DNA of 64,000 nucleotides from Bacilli bacterium (GTDB lineage Bacteria; Bacillota_I; Bacilli_A; RFN20; CAG-826): NCBI GenBank assembly GCA_900767825.1, contig CAAGAN010000006.1, positions 3,952 to 67,951 of the forward strand, read 5' to 3'. Shown piece by piece: positions 55,502 to 64,000 of this stretch (position 1 is its first letter; each line of letters starts with the position of its first letter). The notes under the pieces were generated by a model. It saw only the letters and a program-made list of their open reading frames with translations, ran no database searches and was not told where the DNA came from. The position numbers and the translations under genes were made by a program.

Positions 55502-56875
55502 ATGGACAATATAGAAAACAATATTTCAAATATATTTATCGAGACAAAAAATTATTTTAATTCTAACGAAACTAAGTCGCTTGGTTTTAGGCTTGCCCAA
55601 TTAAAGAAGCTTTATAAAGCCATTAAGGATAATGAAAAAGAAATTGCAGAAGCCCTTCATGAAGATTTAGGAAAGTCTTACCAAGAAGCATATATGTGTG
55701 AGATTGGGCTAGTCTATCAAGAGATTTCCTACATGATTAAACATTTGAAGAAGTGGAGTAAGCCAAAAAACAAGTTTGCAGGATTGGCAGCTTTTCCTTC
55801 TAAAGCAAGGGTTTATCATGAGCCAGTTGGTAAAGTATTGATCATGTCTCCATGGAATTATCCATTTCTTTTAACTGTCCAACCTTTAGTAGGAGCGATT
55901 GGAGGAGGCAATGTTGCAATCATTAGACCTTCTAGCCAAGCAAAAGCTACTGCTAAGATTATTGAAAAGATTACTAGTTCTACATTCCCTAAAAATTATG
56001 TTTATACCTTTTTAGGAAGTAGAGAAGAAGCAGACTTATTACTTGAAATGCCATTTGATTTGATTTTCTTTACCGGTTCTCCAAATATCGGAAAGATGGT
56101 CATGGCTAAAGCTAGCAAGAATTTGACTCCGGTCGTTTTGGAACTAGGAGGAAAATCTCCTTGCATAATTACTAAAAACGCAGATTTAGATATTGCTGCT
56201 AAACGTTTGGTATTTGGCAAGACAATCAACGCAGGACAAACTTGTGTAGCACCTGATTATGTTTTGATTGATGAATCACTTAAAGATGAATTTATCAAGA
56301 AGATGAAAAAACAAATCTCCTTGCAATTCCCTAATGGAATGATAGAAAGTAATGAATATCCTAAGATTATTTCTTCTAGCAAAAAAGAACGTTTAGTCAA
56401 ACTAATCGAACAAGAAAAGGTTATTTTAGGTGGCAAATCAAATGATAGCAAAATCGAATTGACTTTAACTGATTCGACATTTGATTCAGAAGTTATGAAA
56501 GATGAAATATTTGGACCTATCTTGCCTATAATTACTTATAGCTCACTTGAAAACACGGTCCAATATCTAAAGACTCTTCCAACTCCTTTAGCCCTTTATC
56601 TATATAGCTTTAATAAAAAAGAAATGGAATACATCATGTCTAACCTTAGCTTTGGCGGTGGGGCGATTAATGATTGTTTGATGCATTTGTCTAGCCATGC
56701 ACTTTGTTTCGGCGGCAAGGGCAATTCAGGCATGGGACAATACCATGGCAAGTATTCTTTTGATACCTTCACACATAAAAAAGGAGTCCTAATTTCATCT
56801 AAAGGAGATATGAAAGTCAGATATCATCCTTATAGCAAGAAAGGACTTAACTTTATCAAGAAAGTACTTAAATAA
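55502..56875 (+). CDS. Aldehyde dehydrogenase (class 3-like)
   Basis: FFTGSPNIGK, ELGGKSP, GQTCVAPDY (catalytic Cys). The ATG at 55502 follows GGTGA. Confidence 0.85.
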   Translation: MDNIENNISNIFIETKNYFNSNETKSLGFRLAQLKKLYKAIKDNEKEIAEALHEDLGKSYQEAYMCEIGLVYQEISYMIKHLKKWSKPKNKFAGLAAFPSKARVYHEPVGKVLIMSPWNYPFLLTVQPLVGAIGGGNVAIIRPSSQAKATAKIIEKITSSTFPKNYVYTFLGSREEADLLLEMPFDLIFFTGSPNIGKMVMAKASKNLTPVVLELGGKSPCIITKNADLDIAAKRLVFGKTINAGQTCVAPDYVLIDESLKDEFIKKMKKQISLQFPNGMIESNEYPKIISSSKKERLVKLIEQEKVILGGKSNDSKIELTLTDSTFDSEVMKDEIFGPILPIITYSSLENTVQYLKTLPTPLALYLYSFNKKEMEYIMSNLSFGGGAINDCLMHLSSHALCFGGKGNSGMGQYHGKYSFDTFTHKKGVLISSKGDMKVRYHPYSKKGLNFIKKVLK

Positions 56876-56910
56876 TTATTTATTAGACAAAAAGATTCCT
56901 AATTGATCGA

Positions 56911-57435
56911 TTATCTCTTTATCGGTTTCTTTTTATCGTCTTTAAACCACCATTTTATGATTTGGACTAAGCATCCTGCATAGGCATTCGTTAAGAAATC
57001 GATATTCCCGGTGATAAGAGAAAGGGCTTTCAATTGGGTTATTTTTTCCTTTATTGCTTCGCTTAATTCAGCGGTAAAAATATTCTCTAATAATAAAAAG
57101 GAAGTGGAAATTGCATTGTTTTTAACTAATTTTCTATATTTATCGAATACATGGAAACATCTTCCTGCCAAAGTTTGAATAAAAAACGTGATGTCAGTTA
57201 TATTTTCCATTTTATAGGAAAAGAATTCGACTCTAGTACGATATGCCATGAAAGCAAATAAATCATATTTATCATTGAAGTGTTGATAGAAGGTTGCTCT
57301 TCTGACATTAGCCTTTTTGCAAACTTCGTTTACGGTAATGTTTTCAATTAGCTTAGTTTCCATTAAGTGGAACAATGCTTCTGATAAAGTGTTATTTGTT
57401 TTGACAATTCTCTGATCCATAAAAAATTTAGACAC
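56911..57435 (-). CDS. TetR/AcrR-family transcriptional regulator
   Basis: N-terminal HTH ITVNEVCKKANVRRATFYQHFNDKYDL. Divergent from the ABC genes. Confidence 0.8.
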   Translation of the reverse strand: MSKFFMDQRIVKTNNTLSEALFHLMETKLIENITVNEVCKKANVRRATFYQHFNDKYDLFAFMAYRTRVEFFSYKMENITDITFFIQTLAGRCFHVFDKYRKLVKNNAISTSFLLLENIFTAELSEAIKEKITQLKALSLITGNIDFLTNAYAGCLVQIIKWWFKDDKKKPIKR

Positions 57436-57528
57436 TTGTTAGGGTTTGTCCATTGCCCGAACTTTAATACTGATTATAGTAGCAAATGCCTTTTAAGGGT
57501 AAACTAAATTTAAGAAGGAGGAGGGAGA

Positions 57529-58458
57529 ATGGAAAACGAAGACATAATAATTATTGATTCACTTACTAAGGATTATGGACAAGGCAGGGGCATTTTCAAT
57601 GTTTCTTTCTCTGTCCATAAAGGCGAATGTTTCGGCTTTTTAGGTCCAAACGGGGCTGGAAAGTCTACAACCATCCGTCATCTTATGGGCTTTTCAAAGC
57701 CTGATTCAGGTAAGGCTACTATCAATGGTATCGAAGCTTATAAGAATTTAAGCGGCGCAATGGCATCCACTTCATATCTAATGGGAGAAGTTGCCCTTCC
57801 AAAATTACTTACCGGGAAGCAATTCCTAGATGAAATGGCTTCTTTAAAAGGTGTGGCCGATTTTTCTTTAAGAGATTATCTAGTTAATTATTTTGGGCTA
57901 GATTTATCAATGCTTTGTAAGGATATGTCTACTGGAGGAAAAAGAAAACTAGCGGTAGTATCTTGTTTTATGTCTGATCCAGATGTCATTATCATGGATG
58001 AACCTTCTTCTGGACTCGATCCAGAGATGCAGCAACGTTTCCTTTCTTTAATTGAAGAAGAAAAGAAAAGAGGAAAGACGATGTTATTATCTTCCCATAT
58101 ATTCTCCGAAGTAGATTCTTGCTGTGATAGGATTGCAATTATTAAAGATGGTTCAATTGTTTCTTTGTTTGATTCGGCATCGTTGAAGCACAAAGAAAAT
58201 AAGACATATAAGATTCGTTTTGCTTCTAAAGATGAATATGACTCTTTTATTAAGAAGAAGAGTCAAAAGTGGAAGATTGTCGATAAAACAAATAAAGAAC
58301 ATCAAATCGTCGTGGTCATTAATGAAAAAGATTCTTTGTCTTTAATTAAAGAAATAGCCAAATTTAAGGTTAGGGATTTAAGTGAGATAAAAGAAACTCT
58401 AGAAGATTACTTCATGTCATTTTATAAGGAGGATAGGTCATATGTCGGACTTAACTAA
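57529..58458 (+). CDS. ABC transporter ATP-binding protein 1
   Basis: GPNGAGKST, MSTGGKRKL, IIMDEPSSGLD. Confidence 0.9.
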   Translation: MENEDIIIIDSLTKDYGQGRGIFNVSFSVHKGECFGFLGPNGAGKSTTIRHLMGFSKPDSGKATINGIEAYKNLSGAMASTSYLMGEVALPKLLTGKQFLDEMASLKGVADFSLRDYLVNYFGLDLSMLCKDMSTGGKRKLAVVSCFMSDPDVIIMDEPSSGLDPEMQQRFLSLIEEEKKRGKTMLLSSHIFSEVDSCCDRIAIIKDGSIVSLFDSASLKHKENKTYKIRFASKDEYDSFIKKKSQKWKIVDKTNKEHQIVVVINEKDSLSLIKEIAKFKVRDLSEIKETLEDYFMSFYKEDRSYVGLN

Positions 58459-59347
58459 AAAAGAAGATATAATCGCCGTCAAGACCGTCTCTTTGAAAAA
58501 AGACTATGGCCAAGATAGAGGCGACTTCGACTTGAATTTAGAGATTAAGCAAGGCGAATGTTTTGGATTAGTTGGAGAAAACGGGGCAGGCAAAACTACT
58601 TTCTTACGTCTATTGATGGGATTTGTAAAACCTTCATCAGGAGAATCTTATATATATGGCCATGATACATATAAGGAAGCTTCTATTGTTAAGAATTACG
58701 TTGGTTATGTTCCTGGCGAGATTAATTTCCCGGAAGCCAAGACAGGACTAGAATTCCTAACTACATTCGGGGCAAAACGCGGAGTAACAAACTTTGATAA
58801 GGCTACTTCAATCATCAAAAGACTCCAGCTTGATGCAAGGGCATATCCAAAACGTATGTCAAAAGGGATGAAACAGAAATTAGCTATTGTTTCAGCCTTG
58901 ATGCTAGATTCCCCATTAATCTTATTAGATGAGCCAACGACTGGCCTAGATCCTTTAATGAGAGATGAACTACTAAATTTAGTTTTGGAAGAAAAACAAG
59001 CGGGACGTACCATCATTATGTCATCGAATTCGGTTGAAGAACTCGAAAGAGTATGCGATCGAGTCATGCATATTTCAAAAGGCAAATGCATCAACATTGC
59101 AAATGTAAATGACATTGCTAATTGCCCTTTTAGGGATTATAAAATCGAATTCATGGACAAAGCTGATTATAAAGAATTTGCTAAAAGGAAAAACGTTATT
59201 AGGAAGCAAGAACAATATAATCAAGTTACAATAAGGGTAGATAAAAAAGACATCAACAAACTTCTAGAAGAACTTGAGCATACAAAACTCAAATTCTTCT
59301 CGGAAGTTAAATATGATTTGAAACGTTATTTTGAGGAGGTTGCATAA
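58442..59347 (+). CDS. ABC transporter ATP-binding protein 2
   Basis: GENGAGKTT, MSKGMKQKL, ILLDEPTTGLD. 17-nt overlap with ATPase 1. Confidence 0.9.
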   Translation: MSDLTKKEDIIAVKTVSLKKDYGQDRGDFDLNLEIKQGECFGLVGENGAGKTTFLRLLMGFVKPSSGESYIYGHDTYKEASIVKNYVGYVPGEINFPEAKTGLEFLTTFGAKRGVTNFDKATSIIKRLQLDARAYPKRMSKGMKQKLAIVSALMLDSPLILLDEPTTGLDPLMRDELLNLVLEEKQAGRTIIMSSNSVEELERVCDRVMHISKGKCINIANVNDIANCPFRDYKIEFMDKADYKEFAKRKNVIRKQEQYNQVTIRVDKKDINKLLEELEHTKLKFFSEVKYDLKRYFEEVA

Positions 59348-59348
59348 A

Positions 59349-61748
59349 ATGGAAAAGGAAAATCAAAATCTAAATTTGCCAACTATCACCACGAATAAGA
59401 AAAGGAGTGGTATTTTCTCAACAGCTATTTTCAAGGAAGAATTAAAAAGCAACTGGCTTTATTCTCTTATCGTCGGATTAGGCAATGCATTGATAATCAT
59501 CCTTATCGTATCAATCATGTCTACATTAAATATCAATGCGACAAAAGATGCCTTGTCTTCTTTGTTTGATTCAGCATCAGAAGAAACTACCTTAAAGACT
59601 TCATCCGTATCTTTATATGCTTTATATACTTCTTCGGCCGAAGGATATCTTCAAATCGACGATGGATTAGGTCAAATCGAATCTTATGTCGATACCGCTA
59701 ATAAAGAAATTACTTCCTCTGAAACTTCAGCTGGAATGGGAGCGTTAAATACTGCTTACAATCTATCCTATAGAATTACAGTGGGGGATGAAGCTGCTAA
59801 AAAGGCAGCTGGGATAAAATCTGCTACAACAGCTTATAACACTGCTTTAAATACCATGGAAAAAGGTTTCAAGAAGGATTTGGTTTCCTGCATACTTCCG
59901 AATTATGTTACTTTCTATTCGGAAAAAGGATATGGAAATTCTAATTTTGATTATAAATGGGGATTGCTTGAATCGGTCAAGCCTTCAGTAAACACTTTAT
60001 TAGATATGCCTAATTCGCTTGGGGATAAGGTTCCTGCTAAATTCACTTATGGAGACTTAATTTCCTTATATGGGTTAGAAAAAGATGAAGTATTAGATGC
60101 CATTAATGTTGCCGTTACCAATTTAGAGAATTGCCATGGCTTTGATTCTAATGGCAAGATAACTCCTACTTTGACTTTTGAACAGGCTAAATTCGAGACG
60201 GCTCTAGAACTTCTTCCAACATTTGCCTCTTCTAGTGAAAAGAAGATGGCTAGCGATATCTGCGAAGATGTTAAAGAAGCCTATAATGCTGATAAAGATG
60301 CCTTCTTGGCAAATAAAAACATTGAATTAGGTAAGGTATTAAAACCGGCCATTACTAAAGAAGCCAAGAAGACCATGGAAGATTTAGCTTATTATGATTA
60401 TCTTCCATCTTTTGCAGTCGAATGGGTTACTAATGATTTAGGTTATCCTATTACTTATAAAGAAACTGGTGATCTAAATGAAGATGGAACCCCGATTGTA
60501 AAAGAAATTAAGCTTACTTCCTATAAGCCTGAATTATTTGTAAAAGTTACTGGAGGAATGCCTAGTGATTCTTCTTTAGCCCAAAAAATGCATAAGGATA
60601 TCTTGACTGGAGTCCCTTATAGCGAGCAGCAAATCGCAGAAGCTAAAGATAAAGCCAAACCAAGTCTAGAAGAAGCCTATACTAGACTTGATAAATTCCT
60701 TGATGATTTCATCGCGAATAAGGATAAATATACAAACGAAGACGGTGTTGATATCAATGCTATAGAAAATAGGGTTATTGATGAAGTAGTCGTGGAAGCC
60801 AAGTCTTTAATACTTGAAGAATATAACAAGAAATACAACACTTCCTATAAGAATATTGAAGACATTCCTTCTTCTTCTACATCGATGTCAGGAAAGACCT
60901 TAACTAACTCAATTTATGCATATGGGTCAAGTGGAATTGCTTCTTATAGGTCTTTGCTTAGACTTGGAGAAGAAAGAGGATATAACTCAAATGAATCAAT
61001 GGTGTTTGCTACTTCTGTCTCGGGATTAGGCATCATTGATCAACTGCCAACTGCAGTTAAGGATTCCCTTACCGAAATGGGCGAGATGAATACTTATGGT
61101 ATATTCGTCGGGGTCGTCTCATTTGGATTAGCCTGCGTCTTGTTGCCTTTAGTCTATACAATTGTATTAAGCTCTAACTTAGTTGCTTCTAAGGTAGAGA
61201 ATGGTTCACTTGCCTTTACCTTGACTACTCCAATTAAGCGTAAGACATTTGTATTTACCGAAGCCATATACCTAGTTTTGACCGAAGTATTCCTTGGATT
61301 ATGCTTATACCTAGGTGCCCTTGTTAGTAGGCAAATAGGTATAGCAGTAGGTGGAGGAGACTTAATTCAATCATTATCAGTCCACGATATTACTTTATAT
61401 GCATTAGGTTCCTGCGTGCTTATGATTGGCATCTCTGGAATTTGCTTCTTGGCTTCCTGCTTCTTCAATAAGAGCGGGAAAGCCATTGGAACTGGTGGAG
61501 GTATTAATATTTCTTTCTTCATCTGTTCAATCCTTGGCTTATTCGGAACTAGCGCTATCCCAGGAACAGTAAGAATTACCACCATGAATTATTTCAATTA
61601 CGTAACTATATTGTCTTTGTATGACGGACTTGCTGTTATGGATGGAGATCCAATCTATTGGTTTAAATTAATTGCCCTTATTGGTATCGCCTTAGTTACT
61701 TATGGAACAGGTATATATTATTTCGACCATAAGGACTTGCCTCTATAA
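59349..61748 (+). CDS. ABC-2-type permease with a ~500-aa extracytoplasmic domain (YhgE/Pip-like topology)
   Basis: The ATG at 59349 follows GAGGAGG. One TM near aa 40-65, a long soluble stretch, then about 5 TM in the last ~230 aa. Confidence 0.75.
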   Translation: MEKENQNLNLPTITTNKKRSGIFSTAIFKEELKSNWLYSLIVGLGNALIIILIVSIMSTLNINATKDALSSLFDSASEETTLKTSSVSLYALYTSSAEGYLQIDDGLGQIESYVDTANKEITSSETSAGMGALNTAYNLSYRITVGDEAAKKAAGIKSATTAYNTALNTMEKGFKKDLVSCILPNYVTFYSEKGYGNSNFDYKWGLLESVKPSVNTLLDMPNSLGDKVPAKFTYGDLISLYGLEKDEVLDAINVAVTNLENCHGFDSNGKITPTLTFEQAKFETALELLPTFASSSEKKMASDICEDVKEAYNADKDAFLANKNIELGKVLKPAITKEAKKTMEDLAYYDYLPSFAVEWVTNDLGYPITYKETGDLNEDGTPIVKEIKLTSYKPELFVKVTGGMPSDSSLAQKMHKDILTGVPYSEQQIAEAKDKAKPSLEEAYTRLDKFLDDFIANKDKYTNEDGVDINAIENRVIDEVVVEAKSLILEEYNKKYNTSYKNIEDIPSSSTSMSGKTLTNSIYAYGSSGIASYRSLLRLGEERGYNSNESMVFATSVSGLGIIDQLPTAVKDSLTEMGEMNTYGIFVGVVSFGLACVLLPLVYTIVLSSNLVASKVENGSLAFTLTTPIKRKTFVFTEAIYLVLTEVFLGLCLYLGALVSRQIGIAVGGGDLIQSLSVHDITLYALGSCVLMIGISGICFLASCFFNKSGKAIGTGGGINISFFICSILGLFGTSAIPGTVRITTMNYFNYVTILSLYDGLAVMDGDPIYWFKLIALIGIALVTYGTGIYYFDHKDLPL

Positions 61749-61828
61749 GTTTTTAGGAATATTTAATTAATAAAATTATTACTAGCGTATAATAACTCTC
61801 GTTTTGCCTAAAGGAGGGTTATTTCTTT

Positions 61829-62662
61829 ATGTTAAGAATTATCGTTGATTCTTCTTCCTCGATTACTCAAGAAGAAGCTAAGCAATTAGGGATAGACATA
61901 TTGCCACTTAGAGTCTGCTATAAGGGCATTGAATATAGGGATGGTGTCGATATTGACTCTAGAAAATTATATGAACTAATGGAAGAAAAAGGTGCATTCT
62001 CCTTCCCGAAGACATCTTTGCCATATATGAATGTTGCCTCGGAAATGGTTGAGAATTATACAAAAAATGGGGACCAAGTATTGCTAATTACTATTTCTAG
62101 CAAACTATCTTCTACTTTTTCTGCCTTGACTGCCATGTTTGCATCTAATAGCAATGTAGTTGTCTATGATTCTAAAAGTGCAGTAGGGGGAATTAGGCTA
62201 TTAGCATTAGAAGCAATAAAGAACAAAGACAAAGATGTACACGAAATAGTCAAGATCCTAGATGATTTATCTTCAAGGGTTGTAATTATTGCCCTTCCCG
62301 AAACCCTAGATTATTTGCTTAGGGGAGGAAGATTAAAAAGAAGTGCTTGGATGATTGGGAAAATATTGAAGATTATCCCAGTCATTGCTTTTGATGATGG
62401 AGCCTTATTGCCTTTAACAAAAGTTAGAGGAAAGATGAAAGGAATGTCTTATATCTGCGATTACGTGAATAAATATAAGGTAGATGTTAGATATCCAGTT
62501 ATAGGTTCTTATACTAGAGACAAAGAAAACCTAGATAGACTAGGAAAAATGTTATTAGAGACTAATGGAATCAATTTGAATATTGAAGAAGATATGTCTG
62601 CTTCAATTGCTGCCCATTGGGGCCCTGGAGCATTTGGGGTTGTCTATATAAAAACTAAATAG
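61829..62662 (+). CDS. DegV-family fatty-acid-binding protein
   Basis: MLRIIVDSSSSITQEEAKQLGIDILPL, typical DegV length. Confidence 0.85.
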   Translation: MLRIIVDSSSSITQEEAKQLGIDILPLRVCYKGIEYRDGVDIDSRKLYELMEEKGAFSFPKTSLPYMNVASEMVENYTKNGDQVLLITISSKLSSTFSALTAMFASNSNVVVYDSKSAVGGIRLLALEAIKNKDKDVHEIVKILDDLSSRVVIIALPETLDYLLRGGRLKRSAWMIGKILKIIPVIAFDDGALLPLTKVRGKMKGMSYICDYVNKYKVDVRYPVIGSYTRDKENLDRLGKMLLETNGINLNIEEDMSASIAAHWGPGAFGVVYIKTK

Positions 62663-63368
62663 ATTTAGCAAATTCATATAGGGCAATGCTAGCGGCGTTA
62701 TCTAGATTAAGTGAATCGACTTTTGAACTAATCTTGATTAAAACTGGCTCGCCTTCATTTAAATAAGAATCATCTAATCCGGTAGCTTCATTTCCAAGAA
62801 TAATGCTATATGGGTTAGATATTTTTATATTTCCAAGCGTATTTTTAGCCTTTAACATAAATGGATAGAAGTGGTGATTTGAATATAGCTTTTTATATTC
62901 TTCAAAGCTAGGGAATATAGTTAAGTTAATTGAAAATATTGAACCCATGGATGCTCTAATGGTCTTTGGATCATGTGGGTCGGCACACGGAGATATTAAG
63001 GCAACGTTATTAATATTAAAAGCCAAGCAAGAACGAAGAATCGTACCTAGATTACCCATGTTAGAAGGATTGACTAAGACTAAATGTGCGGCATCTTTTT
63101 CTAATGTATTAAATCTTTTCTTAAATTCAGCGATGACCATGCAGTTATCTTTGTTCGCGATATCTTTAAATATCTTGGCGTTGTTTTCTATCAATGGAAT
63201 CTTTGATTTTTTAGCTAAGGATACTAATTTAAAATAAGTTTCTTTTCTTTCTAATGATGGAGAAATATAGATCTTAATAATATCTTCTTTCCTATTTTCT
63301 AATAGATAAAAGGCTAATGTTATTCCAGTGGCAAACGAGGTGTCATCTTTTTTACTATATTTAATCAT
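62655..63368 (-). CDS. TrmH/SpoU-family RNA 2'-O-methyltransferase
   Basis: NMGNLGTILRS, ILGNEATGLDD, SLNLDNAASIALYE. Confidence 0.85.
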   Translation of the reverse strand: MIKYSKKDDTSFATGITLAFYLLENRKEDIIKIYISPSLERKETYFKLVSLAKKSKIPLIENNAKIFKDIANKDNCMVIAEFKKRFNTLEKDAAHLVLVNPSNMGNLGTILRSCLAFNINNVALISPCADPHDPKTIRASMGSIFSINLTIFPSFEEYKKLYSNHHFYPFMLKAKNTLGNIKISNPYSIILGNEATGLDDSYLNEGEPVLIKISSKVDSLNLDNAASIALYEFAKSI

Positions 63369-63423
63369 GGACTAATTAAAAACTTTTTGAGCCGTTTTGT
63401 TAAGTGGTTGACTACATATTTAT

Positions 63424-63813
63424 ATGGACAATATTCAAAATTTTATAAAAGTAGGCCGAATTTCTTCTAAGGTTGAAAAAAATCTAAACATTACCTTGAC
63501 AAGCAACCCTTCTATTTTTCTAAACGAAGGTTTCCTAGATGCCTTAGCTAGCAAAAGACCTAATAGTTATCCTAATGACATAATAGAGATAACTAATCTA
63601 GTCAAGAAACCTAATTTTGTTTTTTATTTAAGGGAAAATAAGGAACTCGTGTATGCGAAAACCTATATTTTAGATCATACTCCATGCTTTCTTTTGCTTT
63701 ATGTTTCTAGAAGTGGCAAGCCCAAAAGATGGTATGGAAAAATGTTTAAGTGCATGCCTTTATCTAACTGCGGCTATTTATTTAATAATTATGATTCGAC
63801 TAGGATTTCCTAA
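63424..63813 (+). CDS. Hypothetical protein (129 aa)
   Basis: ORF only. No family recognised. Confidence 0.45.
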   Translation: MDNIQNFIKVGRISSKVEKNLNITLTSNPSIFLNEGFLDALASKRPNSYPNDIIEITNLVKKPNFVFYLRENKELVYAKTYILDHTPCFLLLYVSRSGKPKRWYGKMFKCMPLSNCGYLFNNYDSTRIS

Positions 63814-63846
63814 ACTAATATCAAGTTTTGTTGCATAATTAGATTT

Positions 63847-64000
63847 ATGAAAAAGGGAAGACTAATTATTTATATAGTTATCGAGATAATTATCTCTTCT
63901 TTTATTCTTTATACATCTACTTATACCCAACAACACAATATTAATGAAGGTGGGGAAGTAGCCAATTTTATCAATAGGATATTCTTTGCTAGCCAACTTA
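63847..64000 (+). CDS. 5' end of a membrane-protein ORF running off the window
   Basis: ATG at 63847. MKKGRLIIYIVIEIIISSFILY is an N-terminal TM. The frame is open to the window end. Confidence 0.35.
   Translation, partial: MKKGRLIIYIVIEIIISSFILYTSTYTQQHNINEGGEVANFINRIFFASQL

Overview
This window is a low-G+C Bacillota chromosome segment (Erysipelotrichia/Mollicutes-like gene content). It uses the standard genetic code: TGA and TAA both act as stops and the long ORFs abut cleanly. Most of 14.8-64 kb is housekeeping. It holds a nag cluster, pncA-pfp, a complete F1Fo atp operon, gmk-priA-(rsmB-like)-rlmN-prpC-prkC-rpe, rpmB, glgCDA, leuS, ppa, an aldehyde dehydrogenase, a TetR-controlled ABC exporter, DegV and TrmH. 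The accessory material sits at the left. (i) 1-8.25 kb is visibly G+C-richer and looks foreign. On the minus strand it carries a sigma-region-4 protein, an XhlA-like protein and a holin, but no lysin. These are followed by a Fic-like/NTase fusion, a 799-aa signal-less protein and a further gene that runs off the window. On the plus strand it carries a tightly coupled three-gene Lamassu/ABC-3C-type operon (effector-like, middle component, Rad50/SMC-like ATPase with a CxxC hook) whose effector subunit has no recognisable effector domain. (ii) 8.3-14.8 kb is AT-rich variable DNA. It holds two small membrane proteins and an unknown 368-aa protein abutted to an RpiR regulator. It also holds a two-gene islet (stand-alone ABC-type ATPase plus an AlbA_2/Schlafen-type wHTH protein) that splits the regulator from the ROK-nagA-nagB genes. 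That islet carries perfect 12-bp tandem repeats over a promoter and a decayed duplicate of the ATPase 3' end. Elsewhere I see a 574-bp MITE-like element with perfect 16-bp terminal inverted repeats, an RHH-MNT/HepT toxin-antitoxin pair inserted after priA, an orphan RelB/DinJ antitoxin, a degenerate RsmB paralogue, and an ATP-synthase c subunit with a two-carboxylate Na+-type motif. No rRNA, tRNA or CRISPR array was recognised. All family assignments come from reading motifs by eye and need HMM or structure confirmation.
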